DNA from: a virus
Lineage: Duplodnaviria > Heunggongvirae > Uroviricota > Caudoviricetes
Length of the DNA: 19,460 nucleotides
Direction: 5' to 3' (one strand)
IMG/VR virus record: IMGVR_UViG_2693429706_000003
Shown here: positions 7,401-15,710 of the stretch, one piece after another
How the letters are laid out: every line of letters starts with the position of its first letter
Position numbering within the stretch: the first letter of the stretch is position 1
Position numbers and translations under genes: made by a program
Notes under the pieces: generated by a model
What the model was told of the DNA's origin: nothing
The model's input: only the letters and a program-made list of their open reading frames with translations
Database searches by the model: none

Positions 7401-7964
7401 ATGAGGCTAACCGTGGGTAAGCATCACTGGAAAGTAGAAAAACAGCCTGAGTGGTACGTGAAAGCTGTCAGAAAAACTATCGCGGCGTTGCCGGGAGGTT
7501 ACGCTGAAGCTGCTGAGTGGCTGGATGTAACAGAGAACGCTTTATTCAACCGCCTTCGTGCAGATGGCGATCAGATTTTCCCGCTGGGATGGGCAATGAT
7601 TTTACAGCGCGCGGCTGGCACTCACTACATTGCGGATGCTGTCGCACAGTCTGCTGGTGGGGTGTTTGTATCGCTTCCTGAACTTGAGGAAGTAGAGAAC
7701 GCCGATATAAACCAGCGCCTGCTGGAAGTCATCGAACAGATCGGGAGTTACTCAAAGCAGATTCGTTCGGCAATCGAAGATGGGGTAGTGGAGCCACACG
7801 AGCAGACAGCAATTAATGATGAGTTGTATCTGTCAATTTCGAAGCTCCAGGAGCATGCAGCACTGGTCTACAAAATCTTTTGCGCTCCAGAAAAGAGTGA
7901 CGCCCGCGAGTGTGCAGCTCCGGGCGTCGTGGCGTTTTGTGTCTGTGGAGAAACTAACGCATGA
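7401..7964 (+). CDS. CII-like phage regulatory protein (YdaT/CP76 family, tentative)
   Basis: 187-aa ORF directly after cro. Family call rests on position and overall resemblance only. An alternative GTG start at 7413 has an AGG 6 nt upstream. Confidence 0.45.
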   Translation: MRLTVGKHHWKVEKQPEWYVKAVRKTIAALPGGYAEAAEWLDVTENALFNRLRADGDQIFPLGWAMILQRAAGTHYIADAVAQSAGGVFVSLPELEEVENADINQRLLEVIEQIGSYSKQIRSAIEDGVVEPHEQTAINDELYLSISKLQEHAALVYKIFCAPEKSDARECAAPGVVAFCVCGETNA

Positions 7965-9109
7965 ACAGTTTAACGGCAAATAACCGTTTGTCGCAACAGC
8001 TGGTGGTCAGCGTCGCTGAACACCTGTTGTTACGGCATGAATGCAGATTACCAAATCACCTGGCTGTAAGTAACCACAGAGAACTTTACCTGACTGTGGG
8101 GGGCGAGTTGTGCAGGAACTTAACCGCTGGTTTCGTGACGGAAGAGGGCTTTATGTCCATGTTATTCGTTGGGAGCCAGAAACACAGCGCGTTATCTATC
8201 TTCGCAAAGACTACCCGCATGAGTGCTTTAGTCCTTTGTGGAAATTCAGGCGTGATTTTGTTGAGTGTGAAGGACCACCAGCACATTGATTCTGCCATTC
8301 CGGGACGTTACACTGTTCAGGCACCTTATAAAGCGGGTGTCGGGATTGGCGTCCTGGAAATGTTATCGGCGATATATGACGCGCCAGCGTCTTTTTTATC
8401 GTCTGCGTCTGTGCACACCCAAATTATGGTGGGCTGGACGGGGGCACCGAAAGGTGCGCCGGTTTCCGATAACGCCGGTTACGCCAACCCCGTTCAGTTC
8501 ACCACCAGCGAAATTGGCGTTTCCGGTGGTGAAGGTAATTCACTGTTATCGGAGACTGCCATCATGGCTACGATCCCAACCCTCACTCAACCTGAAATTG
8601 CCATCGTTGATGGTCAGGCTGTTACTTCATCCCTGGCTGTTGCCAACTTCTTCTCCAAACGTCATGACGATGTACTGAAAAAGATCCGCACGCTTGAATG
8701 TTCCGCATCATTCACTGCCCGCAATTTTTCGGTGAGTGATTACACCGATTGCACAGGCCGCAAACTACCTTGCTATCAAATAACCCGCGACGGCTTTGCG
8801 TTTCTTGCTATGGGTTTCACGGGTAAACGTGCTGCCCAGTTCAAAGAGGCATACATCAATGCCTTTAACCAGATGGAGAAACAGCTTTCAAAGCCCGCTG
8901 TACCGAGCGACGTTGCACATAACGCCAGCGTTCTCTATTCCTACATTTCATCAATTCATCAGGTCTGGTTGCAGCAGCTTTATCCCATGCTGGAAAAAGC
9001 TGAATCACCTCTGGCTGTAAGTCTGTATGACCGAATTAACGATGCGGCATTTCTTGCCCGTCTTATTCATTCGTCGCTGAACTCTTCAGAGGTAAGGGGG
9101 CGCAAATGA
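7961..9109 (+). CDS. Rha-family phage regulatory protein with a ~200-aa unrecognised N-terminal region (may instead be two genes, with Rha starting at ATG 8564)
   Basis: Residues from 'MATIPTLTQPEIAIVDGQAVTSSLAVANFFSKRHDDVLKKI' match the Rha domain as recalled. ATG 7961 overlaps the upstream stop (ATGA). Third-position GC favours frame 2 over the alternative frame in 8101-8220. GGAG lies 9 nt before the internal ATG 8564. Confidence 0.5.
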   Translation: MNSLTANNRLSQQLVVSVAEHLLLRHECRLPNHLAVSNHRELYLTVGGELCRNLTAGFVTEEGFMSMLFVGSQKHSALSIFAKTTRMSALVLCGNSGVILLSVKDHQHIDSAIPGRYTVQAPYKAGVGIGVLEMLSAIYDAPASFLSSASVHTQIMVGWTGAPKGAPVSDNAGYANPVQFTTSEIGVSGGEGNSLLSETAIMATIPTLTQPEIAIVDGQAVTSSLAVANFFSKRHDDVLKKIRTLECSASFTARNFSVSDYTDCTGRKLPCYQITRDGFAFLAMGFTGKRAAQFKEAYINAFNQMEKQLSKPAVPSDVAHNASVLYSYISSIHQVWLQQLYPMLEKAESPLAVSLYDRINDAAFLARLIHSSLNSSEVRGRK

Positions 9110-9330
9110 TCCGGAATATTTTCAAACGATTTACCAATCAGACTTTCCGTTGTCCTCGCCCCGGTCAGTGGTACACCACGCCTGCAGGGCATGTTCTACG
9201 TGTTAGCCTGGTTGACCGTGAATGTCAGAAGGTGATTTGTGAACCGCTGGGCCGTAATTACCGCGTCAGTATGCCGCTTATAGCCTTTCGCTCCGGAAAA
9301 AACATGAAGCATCTCGGAGGTGCGGCATGA
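9106..9330 (+). CDS. small hypothetical protein
   Basis: 74-aa ORF with ATGA overlaps to both neighbours (9106 with the Rha stop, 9327 with the O-like start). Confidence 0.4.
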   Translation: MIRNIFKRFTNQTFRCPRPGQWYTTPAGHVLRVSLVDRECQKVICEPLGRNYRVSMPLIAFRSGKNMKHLGGAA

Positions 9331-10319
9331 GCCTGTTAATGACATCCCAGCCCATTGTGATAAATCGTGATCTTGCATGCCGTATTGGTCTGAATGAGGC
9401 AATTGTGTTGCAGCAGCTTCATTACTGGCTGAATGAAACGAATTCAGGCACTGAGCATGGCGGAATTCGCTGGGTTTATAACACGACAGAACAGTGGCTG
9501 GAGCAGTTTCCGTTCTGGTCAGAGTCCACTCTGAAACGCACATTTGCAAGCCTGAAATCACTTGGGGTTTTGCGTCGCGAGCAACTCAATAAATCGAAGC
9601 GTGACATGACCAACTTCTACACGATCAACTATGAAAGTGAGCTTTTAGAAGAGGTCAAAGTGAACGAATCCATCAGGTCAAAATGCACTTCTCCATCGGG
9701 TCAAAGTGACCTGATGGATGGGCGCAAAATGACACGATCCATTGGTTCAAAACGACACGCTGTCATCGGGTCAAAATGGCCCAATGATCTTACAGAGAAT
9801 ACAACAGAGATTACTACAGAGAATAAAACCTCTTCTCGTCCGGACGCTTCGCAACCGGACACGCAAACGGCTGAACAGGAGTTTTTAACTCGCCATCCTG
9901 ATGCGGTTGTATTCAGCCCTAAAAAGCGCCAGTGGGGAACGCAGGATGATTTGACCTGCGCACAGTGGCTCTGGAAAAAAATCATCGCCCTGTACGAGCA
10001 GGCCGCCGAATGTGACGGCGAGGTGGTTCGTCCCAAAGAACCGAACTGGACAGCCTGGGCAAACGAAATTCGCCTGATGTGTGTGCAGGATGGTCGTACT
10101 CACAAACAAATCTGCGAGATGTACAGCCGCGTCAGCCGCGATCCGTTCTGGTGCCGTAACGTGCTCAGCCCGTCGAAGCTGCGGGAAAAATGGGATGAGC
10201 TTTCCCTGCGCTTATCGCCGTCCGTCAGCACATACACAGAAAAACGCGAAGACCCATATTTCAAATCCAGTTACGACAACGTGGACTACAGCCAGATCCC
10301 GGCAGGATTCAGGGGGTGA
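9327..10319 (+). CDS. phage replication initiator (lambda O-like N-terminal domain, possible DnaT-like C-terminal region)
   Basis: 330 aa with GGAGG SD 6 nt upstream. N-terminal 'RIGLNEAIVLQQLHYWL' resembles the Phage_rep_O winged helix. Iteron-like repeats sit inside the gene, as with ori in lambda O. Confidence 0.65.
   Translation: MSLLMTSQPIVINRDLACRIGLNEAIVLQQLHYWLNETNSGTEHGGIRWVYNTTEQWLEQFPFWSESTLKRTFASLKSLGVLRREQLNKSKRDMTNFYTINYESELLEEVKVNESIRSKCTSPSGQSDLMDGRKMTRSIGSKRHAVIGSKWPNDLTENTTEITTENKTSSRPDASQPDTQTAEQEFLTRHPDAVVFSPKKRQWGTQDDLTCAQWLWKKIIALYEQAAECDGEVVRPKEPNWTAWANEIRLMCVQDGRTHKQICEMYSRVSRDPFWCRNVLSPSKLREKWDELSLRLSPSVSTYTEKREDPYFKSSYDNVDYSQIPAGFRG
9671..9779. repeat. four ~15-bp direct repeats inside the O-like gene, candidate replication-origin iterons
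   Basis: CATCAGGTCAAAATG (9671), CATCGGGTCAAAGTG (9694), CATTGGTTCAAAACG (9740), CATCGGGTCAAAATG (9765). Confidence 0.6.
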
Positions 10320-10321
10320 GC

Positions 10322-10810
10322 ATGAGTATTTTGAATGAAGTTCAGAAATTCATTGAAGCCCATCCGGGCTGTACTTCCGGAGACATTGCGGATGCTTTTG
10401 CAGGTTACTCACGGCAGCGCGTTCTGCAGTCAGCAAGCAAGTTACGTCAGAGTGGGCGTGTGGCTCACCGTTGTGAAGGAGATACACGCAGACATTTCTC
10501 GCGCCTGACTGAGAGAGCGCAGGAGCCGGAACCACAACCAGTTCGTGAAACCAGACCTGTGCGCAAGTTCTATGTCGGCACTAACGACCCCCGGGTGATT
10601 TTGTGCCTGACCCGCCAGGCTGAAGAACTGGAGTCGAGGGGCTTATACCGTCGTGCTGCAACGGTGTGGATGGCGGCATTCCGTGAAAGCCACTCCCAGC
10701 CAGAACGAAACAATTTTCTGGCGCGTCGTGAACGGTGTTTACGGAAAAGCAGTAAGCGGGCTGCATCAGGTGAAGAGTGGTATCTCTCAGGGAATTACGT
10801 GGGGGCTTAA
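10322..10810 (+). CDS. PerC-family transcriptional regulator-like protein
   Basis: 'AEELESRGLYRRAATVWMAAF' matches the PerC/Pch core as recalled. AGGGGG SD precedes ATG 10322; a GTG at 10316 is the ORF-track alternative. Confidence 0.5.
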   Translation: MSILNEVQKFIEAHPGCTSGDIADAFAGYSRQRVLQSASKLRQSGRVAHRCEGDTRRHFSRLTERAQEPEPQPVRETRPVRKFYVGTNDPRVILCLTRQAEELESRGLYRRAATVWMAAFRESHSQPERNNFLARRERCLRKSSKRAASGEEWYLSGNYVGA

Positions 10811-11463
10811 TGAGTAATAAATATTGCCAGGCGCTGGCGGAACTGCGGAACAAACCAGCCCATGAACTGAAGGAAGTGGGCGATCAGTGGCGCACGCCGG
10901 ACAACATTTTCTGGGGAATTAACACCCTGTTTGGCCCGTTTGTTCTGGATCTGTTCACTGACGGTGATAACGCCAAATGTGCTGCGTATTACACGGCGGA
11001 AGACAACGCGCTGGCGCATGACTGGTCAGAACGCCTTGCGGAGCTTAAAGGTGCTGCCTTTGGTAATCCCCCATACAGCCGCGCCAGTCAGCATGAGGGG
11101 CAATACATCACCGGCATGCGTTACATCATGAAGCATGCCAGTGCCATGCGTGATAAAGGCGGGCGCTATGTTTTCCTGATCAAAGCTGCCACCAGCGAAG
11201 TGTGGTGGCCGGAAGATGCAGATCATATTGCTTTTATTCGCGGGCGTATTGGTTTTGAACTGCCTGCCTGGTTTATCCCGAAGGATGAGAAGCAGGTGCC
11301 GACAGGCGCTTTCTTCGCTGGTGCTATTGCTGTTTTCGACAAGACCTGGAAGGGACCGGCAATCAGCTACATCGGGCGCGATGAACTTGAGGCATGTGGT
11401 GAGGCCTTTCTGGCGCAGGTTCGCCAGCAGGCAGAAAAACTGGTCAGGGAGATGGCGGCATGA
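10810..11463 (+). CDS. phage Dam-like N6-adenine DNA methyltransferase
   Basis: 'FGNPPYS' catalytic motif. ATG 10810 overlaps the upstream stop (TAATG); the stop overlaps the next start. Confidence 0.7.
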   Translation: MSNKYCQALAELRNKPAHELKEVGDQWRTPDNIFWGINTLFGPFVLDLFTDGDNAKCAAYYTAEDNALAHDWSERLAELKGAAFGNPPYSRASQHEGQYITGMRYIMKHASAMRDKGGRYVFLIKAATSEVWWPEDADHIAFIRGRIGFELPAWFIPKDEKQVPTGAFFAGAIAVFDKTWKGPAISYIGRDELEACGEAFLAQVRQQAEKLVREMAA

Positions 11464-11786
11464 CGACGTTAACTCAATGCCAGCAGCAGGTGCTGGATAT
11501 GCTGATTTCTTATCAGAAAGAACGTGGCTTCCCGCCAACCAATCAGGAGGTGGCAACCATGCTGGGATACCGTTCAGTGAATGCAGCGGTGGAGCATCTT
11601 CGCGCACTGGAGAAAAAAGGCGTCATCACGATAAAGCGTGGCGTGGCCCGGGGCATCACGCTTCATACCGCGGTGAAGGACGACGACAGCGAGGCGGTCG
11701 GTATCATCCGCGCACTGCTTGCCGGTGAGGAGAACGCCAGGTTGCGTGCAGCCCACTGGTTACATGAGAGGGGCCTGAAAGTATGA
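11460..11786 (+). CDS. LexA N-terminal DNA-binding-domain protein lacking the S24 peptidase domain
   Basis: 108 aa. 'LTQCQQQVLDMLISYQKERGFPPTNQEVATMLGYRSVNAAVEHLRALEKKGVI' parallels the LexA winged HTH. No GDSM/Lys peptidase motifs. Confidence 0.7.
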   Translation: MTTLTQCQQQVLDMLISYQKERGFPPTNQEVATMLGYRSVNAAVEHLRALEKKGVITIKRGVARGITLHTAVKDDDSEAVGIIRALLAGEENARLRAAHWLHERGLKV

Positions 11787-12172
11787 AGCTAATACTGCCT
11801 TTTCCGCCCAGCGTGAACACGTACTGGCGACACCCCAACAAAGTGGCGTTTGCAGGTAAGAGCCTGATAAGCGCGGCGGGGCGCAAATTCCAGAGCGCGG
11901 CGTGTGCAGCAATAGTTGAGCAGTTACGTCGTCTGCCGAAACCAACGTCGGCACCTGCTTCAGTGGAGATCGTGTTGTTTCCTCCGGATAACAGGATCCG
12001 CGATCTGGACAACTATAACAAGGCGCTGTTTGACGCCCTGACCCACGCGGGGGTGTGGGAAGACGACAGTCAGGTGAAAAGAATGCTGGTGGAGTGGGGA
12101 CCGGTTATCCCGGAAGGGAAGGTCGAGATCACTATCAGTAAGTACGAGAAAACGGCGGGTGCAGCTGCCTGA
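11783..12172 (+). CDS. rusA: RusA Holliday-junction resolvase
   Basis: 129 aa with the RusA N-terminal motif 'LPFPPSVNTYW' and acidic 'DLDNYNKALFDAL' segment. Confidence 0.85.
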   Translation: MKLILPFPPSVNTYWRHPNKVAFAGKSLISAAGRKFQSAACAAIVEQLRRLPKPTSAPASVEIVLFPPDNRIRDLDNYNKALFDALTHAGVWEDDSQVKRMLVEWGPVIPEGKVEITISKYEKTAGAAA

Positions 12173-12191
12173 TTAAGAGGAGAAACGAAGT

Positions 12192-13001
12192 ATGAATAAT
12201 CTGATGGTCATTGATGGTATTGAAGTTCGTCGTGATGCTTATGGGCGTTACAGCCTGAACGATCTGCATCGCGCAGCAGTAGCATCTGGTGCAAATGCCA
12301 GAACCAAGGAGCCAGGAAAGTTTCTTTCCAGCCAACAAACTGTTGAGCTTGTTCATGAATTAACCAACACCCAGAATTTGGGTGTTGACCCGGTGAGTGT
12401 GATTCATGGGGGAAATGAACGGGGAACGTATGTCTGTAAGGAACTGGTGTATGCCTATGCAATGTGGATCAGCCCGTCATTCCATCTGAAGGTGATCCGT
12501 ACTTTCGATATGGTAACCAGCGCGCCGGAAAAGTTATCCGGACAGGCTGCTGACAAGATGCAGGCTGGCGTGATCCTGCTGGACTTTATGCGCCGGGAGT
12601 TAAATCTGTCTAACTCTTCAGTGCTTGGTGCCTGTCAGAAACTCCAGGAGGCTGTTGGCTTACCGAATCTGGCACCGCGCTATGCCATTGATGCACCTGC
12701 TGACGCGCCTGATGGCTCAAGCCGCCCGACGCTGTCGCTGAGTGCACTGCTGAAGCAGTATGGTATCCGCCTGACGGCTAATCAGGCATATCACCAGATG
12801 GTGAAGCTGGGGATCGTCGAGCAGCGCGAACGATACAGCCGTACCGGGATTAACAACATCAAAAAATTCTGGTCGCTGACGGCGAAAGGCTGCATGTTCG
12901 GCAAGAACATCACCAGTCCCGCAAATCCGCGTGAGACGCAGCCGCATTTCTTCGAATCCCGATTCCCTGAGCTGTTAAAGCTGCTCGATACCGTTCATTG
13001 A
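12192..13001 (+). CDS. KilA-N domain protein (antirepressor-like)
   Basis: N-terminal 'YSLNDLHRA...GTYVCKELVYAYAMWISPSFHLKVIRTFD' fits KilA-N as recalled. Confidence 0.65.
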   Translation: MNNLMVIDGIEVRRDAYGRYSLNDLHRAAVASGANARTKEPGKFLSSQQTVELVHELTNTQNLGVDPVSVIHGGNERGTYVCKELVYAYAMWISPSFHLKVIRTFDMVTSAPEKLSGQAADKMQAGVILLDFMRRELNLSNSSVLGACQKLQEAVGLPNLAPRYAIDAPADAPDGSSRPTLSLSALLKQYGIRLTANQAYHQMVKLGIVEQRERYSRTGINNIKKFWSLTAKGCMFGKNITSPANPRETQPHFFESRFPELLKLLDTVH

Positions 13002-13002
13002 G

Positions 13003-13998
13003 GTGACCGTGAGAGCACTACTGACCCCTGAAATTGCCCCGCGTATGGGGATCGTATTGTTCAGGCCAGGTTCAGAGCTGATGCCCCTGTTTATGCAGGG
13101 GCGTGTCCTGCTGGAGCCTGAGCCGGAACGTTATTCATCTTTCGCCAGTGGTGCCGTTCCGGCGGTATCACAACCGCTGGCGGATGATCCTGCCGTTCGG
13201 GCCGTGTTCCGCAATGAGGCAGTGATCCGTCGTGCTGGTGGCGTGGAATGTCTTGAAAGCTGGTTACTTCGTGAAAAAGGCTGCCAGTGGCCTCATTCCG
13301 ACTGGCACAGCGAGAACATGACCACAATGCGACACGCTCCGGGCGCAATCCGTCTGTGCTGGCACTGCGATAACCAGCTGCGCGATCAGTTCACGGAACG
13401 GCTGGAATCAATGGCAACGGATAACTGTGCCCGCTGGGTGTTGTCTGTAGTCCGTCGGGATCTCGGTTTTGATGATAACCATGCCGTGACAATGCCGGAA
13501 CTGTGCTGGTGGCTGATTCGTAATGACCTGGCGGATGCCTTACCTGAAAGCGCAGCCCGTAAGGCGCTGAGATTACCGAAACCTGTTGTGCCGTCTGTCA
13601 CCCGGGAGAGTGACCTTGTGCCTTCGGTTCCTGCCACCAGCATCATCCAGGATAAAGCGAAAAAGGTGCTGGCGCTGAAAGTGGATCCGGAGTCGCCGGA
13701 GTCTTTTATGTTACGCCCAAAACGCCGCCGCTGGGTTAATGAAAAGTACACGCGCTGGGTTAAGACACAGCCGTGTGCATGTTGTGGAAAGCCTGCTGAT
13801 GATCCCCACCACCTGATAGGCCACGGTCAGGGTGGAATGGGTACAAAAGCGCATGACCTCTTTGTGTTGCCTTTGTGCAGAAAGCATCACGACGAGCTGC
13901 ATGCGGATACCGTGGCATTTGAAGAGAAGTATGGCTCCCAGCTGGAGCTGATATTTCGTTTTATCGATCGTGCGCTGGCAATAGGCGTGCTGGCCTGA
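13003..13998 (+). CDS. DUF968-like protein with C-terminal Cys/His (HNH-like) motif
   Basis: 331-aa ORF. C-terminal 'CACCGKPADDPHHLIGHG...LPLCRKHHDELH' is a Cys/His cluster of HNH type. GTG start overlaps the KilA-N stop. Confidence 0.5.
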   Translation: MTVRALLTPEIAPRMGIVLFRPGSELMPLFMQGRVLLEPEPERYSSFASGAVPAVSQPLADDPAVRAVFRNEAVIRRAGGVECLESWLLREKGCQWPHSDWHSENMTTMRHAPGAIRLCWHCDNQLRDQFTERLESMATDNCARWVLSVVRRDLGFDDNHAVTMPELCWWLIRNDLADALPESAARKALRLPKPVVPSVTRESDLVPSVPATSIIQDKAKKVLALKVDPESPESFMLRPKRRRWVNEKYTRWVKTQPCACCGKPADDPHHLIGHGQGGMGTKAHDLFVLPLCRKHHDELHADTVAFEEKYGSQLELIFRFIDRALAIGVLA

Positions 13999-14015
13999 TT
14001 TTGTGGAGAAAGTTG

Positions 14016-14387
14016 ATGCGTGATATTCAAATGGTTCTTGAACGTTGGGGGGCATGGGTGGCAAATAATCACGAGGATGTGGAATGGTCATCTGTTGCTG
14101 CAGGTTTTAAGGGATTAATTCCTTCGAAAGTAAAATCCCGCCCGCAATGTAGCGATGACGATGGCCTGATCATTAGCTCTGCAATGACAGTTCTTAAGAA
14201 AAAGGAACCGTATCAATACGAATTACTGGAAATGTATTATGTGTATGGGGTTACATTACGGGCGTTGGGGGTAAAACTGGGGATATCACTTAATCAGGTT
14301 GTTATCAGACTGCAGAAAGCTGAAGGGTTTATTGACGGTTGTCTGGCAATGTTGGGGGTATCTTTAGAAATTGATTGTTACATATAG
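14016..14387 (+). CDS. antitermination protein Q (QuuD/phage-21-type)
   Basis: Start at ATG 14016 with GGAGAA SD. 'MRDIQMVLERWGAWVANNHEDVEWSSVAAGFKGLIPSKVKSRPQC' closely matches my memory of DLP12 QuuD. Last gene of the early-right operon. Confidence 0.75.
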   Translation: MRDIQMVLERWGAWVANNHEDVEWSSVAAGFKGLIPSKVKSRPQCSDDDGLIISSAMTVLKKKEPYQYELLEMYYVYGVTLRALGVKLGISLNQVVIRLQKAEGFIDGCLAMLGVSLEIDCYI

Positions 14388-14425
14388 TAATAAATTCAAT
14401 CAAAGTAAATAATCATATTTTATTA

Positions 14426-14460
14426 TAACCTCCTGATGATACCTGTTCATCGGGAGGTTA
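14426..14460 (+). promoter_or_regulatory. 14-bp stem-loop that sequesters the SD of the downstream AT-rich ORF
   Basis: TAACCTCCTGATGA (14426-14439) pairs with TCATCGGGAGGTTA (14447-14460): 13 Watson-Crick pairs plus one G-U, 7-nt loop. The right arm contains GGGAGG, 5 nt before ATG 14463. Confidence 0.45.
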
Positions 14461-14462
14461 TT

Positions 14463-15080
14463 ATGGATAAAAATGTAGAGCATGTATTAGTTGATGCAAT
14501 TGAAAATAAGCAATCTTTAACAGTCGTTTACTTAGGAGGGAGCCAGCCCGGAACATTAAGGAATATTTCTCCGATTAGTATAAATGGGGATAAATTGCGG
14601 GCAAGATGCCATAGTTCTGGAGCAGTAAAGGTTTTCAATCTTGGGAAAATACAGTTACCCAGTGACTCCTGCGCGGTATCTATGCACTATGGAGATTTAG
14701 AAGTTAAAGCTTATGAGACGATGCAGAGCGTAAATGACAACTTTCATGCCCTTTATCCTGAAGGACGATGGGGTGTTGATTTTAATGAGCATCGCTTTGC
14801 TTTATTTGATTTTTTTAAAAACGGGAAACGAAAAAAAACGGCATTTATGGCAATTGAGTTCAGGGAAAGAGATGAAGAGAAAATAATAACAGGTGTAACA
14901 ATTGATATTGGTATATCTGGAACAGTGATTTCTGAGAAGTCCCGAATCCCAAAAAGACGACCATGGGTAGTGGTTGGTCCCGAACACGGAGAATACAGTA
15001 CTTATTCAACTTTGGACAAGGCTGCTACAGCGTTTTTTGAGAGGCTTTCGTTGATAGCATCCGGCCTGGAAGATAATTGA
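14463..15080 (+). CDS. AT-rich hypothetical cargo protein with a possible N-terminal WYL-like domain
   Basis: 205 aa from ATG 14463. Markedly lower GC than its neighbours. 'LTVVYLGGSQPGTLRNISPISINGDKLRARCHSSGAVKVFNLGKIQL' fits the WYL-type pattern (Y...R.I.P...L.A.C...+.F.L.+I) by eye. Confidence 0.5.
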   Translation: MDKNVEHVLVDAIENKQSLTVVYLGGSQPGTLRNISPISINGDKLRARCHSSGAVKVFNLGKIQLPSDSCAVSMHYGDLEVKAYETMQSVNDNFHALYPEGRWGVDFNEHRFALFDFFKNGKRKKTAFMAIEFRERDEEKIITGVTIDIGISGTVISEKSRIPKRRPWVVVGPEHGEYSTYSTLDKAATAFFERLSLIASGLEDN

Positions 15081-15208
15081 TTTTATGTTTGGTATTCAGA
15101 GTTCGCCGTGCTTAAGAAAGTCAAGATTCTAAAAATACTGAATGAGCTACTTGTGTTATAACAAAAATGCTATTAGTGTGTTAAGAGTGGTTACTTCGCC
15201 ACACAACT

Positions 15209-15236
15209 TAAACCCGCCACTGAGCGGGTTTTTTGT
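15209..15236 (+). terminator. rho-independent terminator (possibly tR'-like)
   Basis: AACCCGC (15211-15217) / GCGGGTT (15224-15230) stem with CACTGA loop, then a T6 run. Confidence 0.7.
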
Positions 15237-15356
15237 ACCTGTAAACTTGGTGCAGTACAGTAAACACGCTGGTGGTCGTGAATACTGACTTTTTATCTTG
15301 CTGGATTTTTAGACAAGAGTTATTGGTATGTCATGTTAACCAGAAGGGAAAAAGAC

Positions 15357-15560
15357 ATGCTAAAACAGCAAGATATGACAGAAACCGCCGCCGCAGTCCT
15401 TCATTTCTTACCTGCTGACAAGTGGGTAACGCCACGCATGATGACGAGAACTACCGGAGTAAGCGAAGCCCGGTGCCAGTTAATACTGACTCAGTTAGTT
15501 CTGGCGGGTCTGGCGAAGGATAACGGCGGGTACGGGAATAAATTCAGACGCTGCCAGTAA
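15357..15560 (+). CDS. small hypothetical protein, possibly winged-helix DNA-binding
   Basis: Start chosen at ATG 15357 (AAGGGA SD 7 nt upstream), 67 aa. 'VTPRMMTRTTGVSEARCQLILTQLVLAGL' looks HTH-like. Confidence 0.4.
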   Translation: MLKQQDMTETAAAVLHFLPADKWVTPRMMTRTTGVSEARCQLILTQLVLAGLAKDNGGYGNKFRRCQ

Positions 15561-15710
15561 TGGCGGTTTCCTGCTGTGAAAATGGGCGGCTGGTGGGTGT
15601 TGGTAGCACCTGCCAGCCATTCGCTCATGCTTACTGGTCACAAGCGAACCACGGCCCACTGCTTTAGCGCAAAAGCAGAGTGAGCCTACCAGAGTTACGC
15701 TTACTGATCC

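Noticed and set aside
8286-8678. 130-aa ORF (TTG start) out of frame with the Rha region
   Set aside because: Arg/Leu/Pro-rich composition typical of an off-frame translation, and it overlaps the well-supported Rha-domain frame.
14388-14462. Precise PR' late promoter and qut site downstream of Q
   Set aside because: The interval is very AT-rich and several -35/-10 combinations fit equally well, so no single promoter can be assigned from sequence alone.
15081-15710. Possible tRNA or CRISPR elements in the cargo intergenic regions
   Set aside because: No cloverleaf-compatible segments with a GTTC-type T-arm and no regularly spaced direct repeats. Only a terminator and isolated imperfect hairpins were seen.
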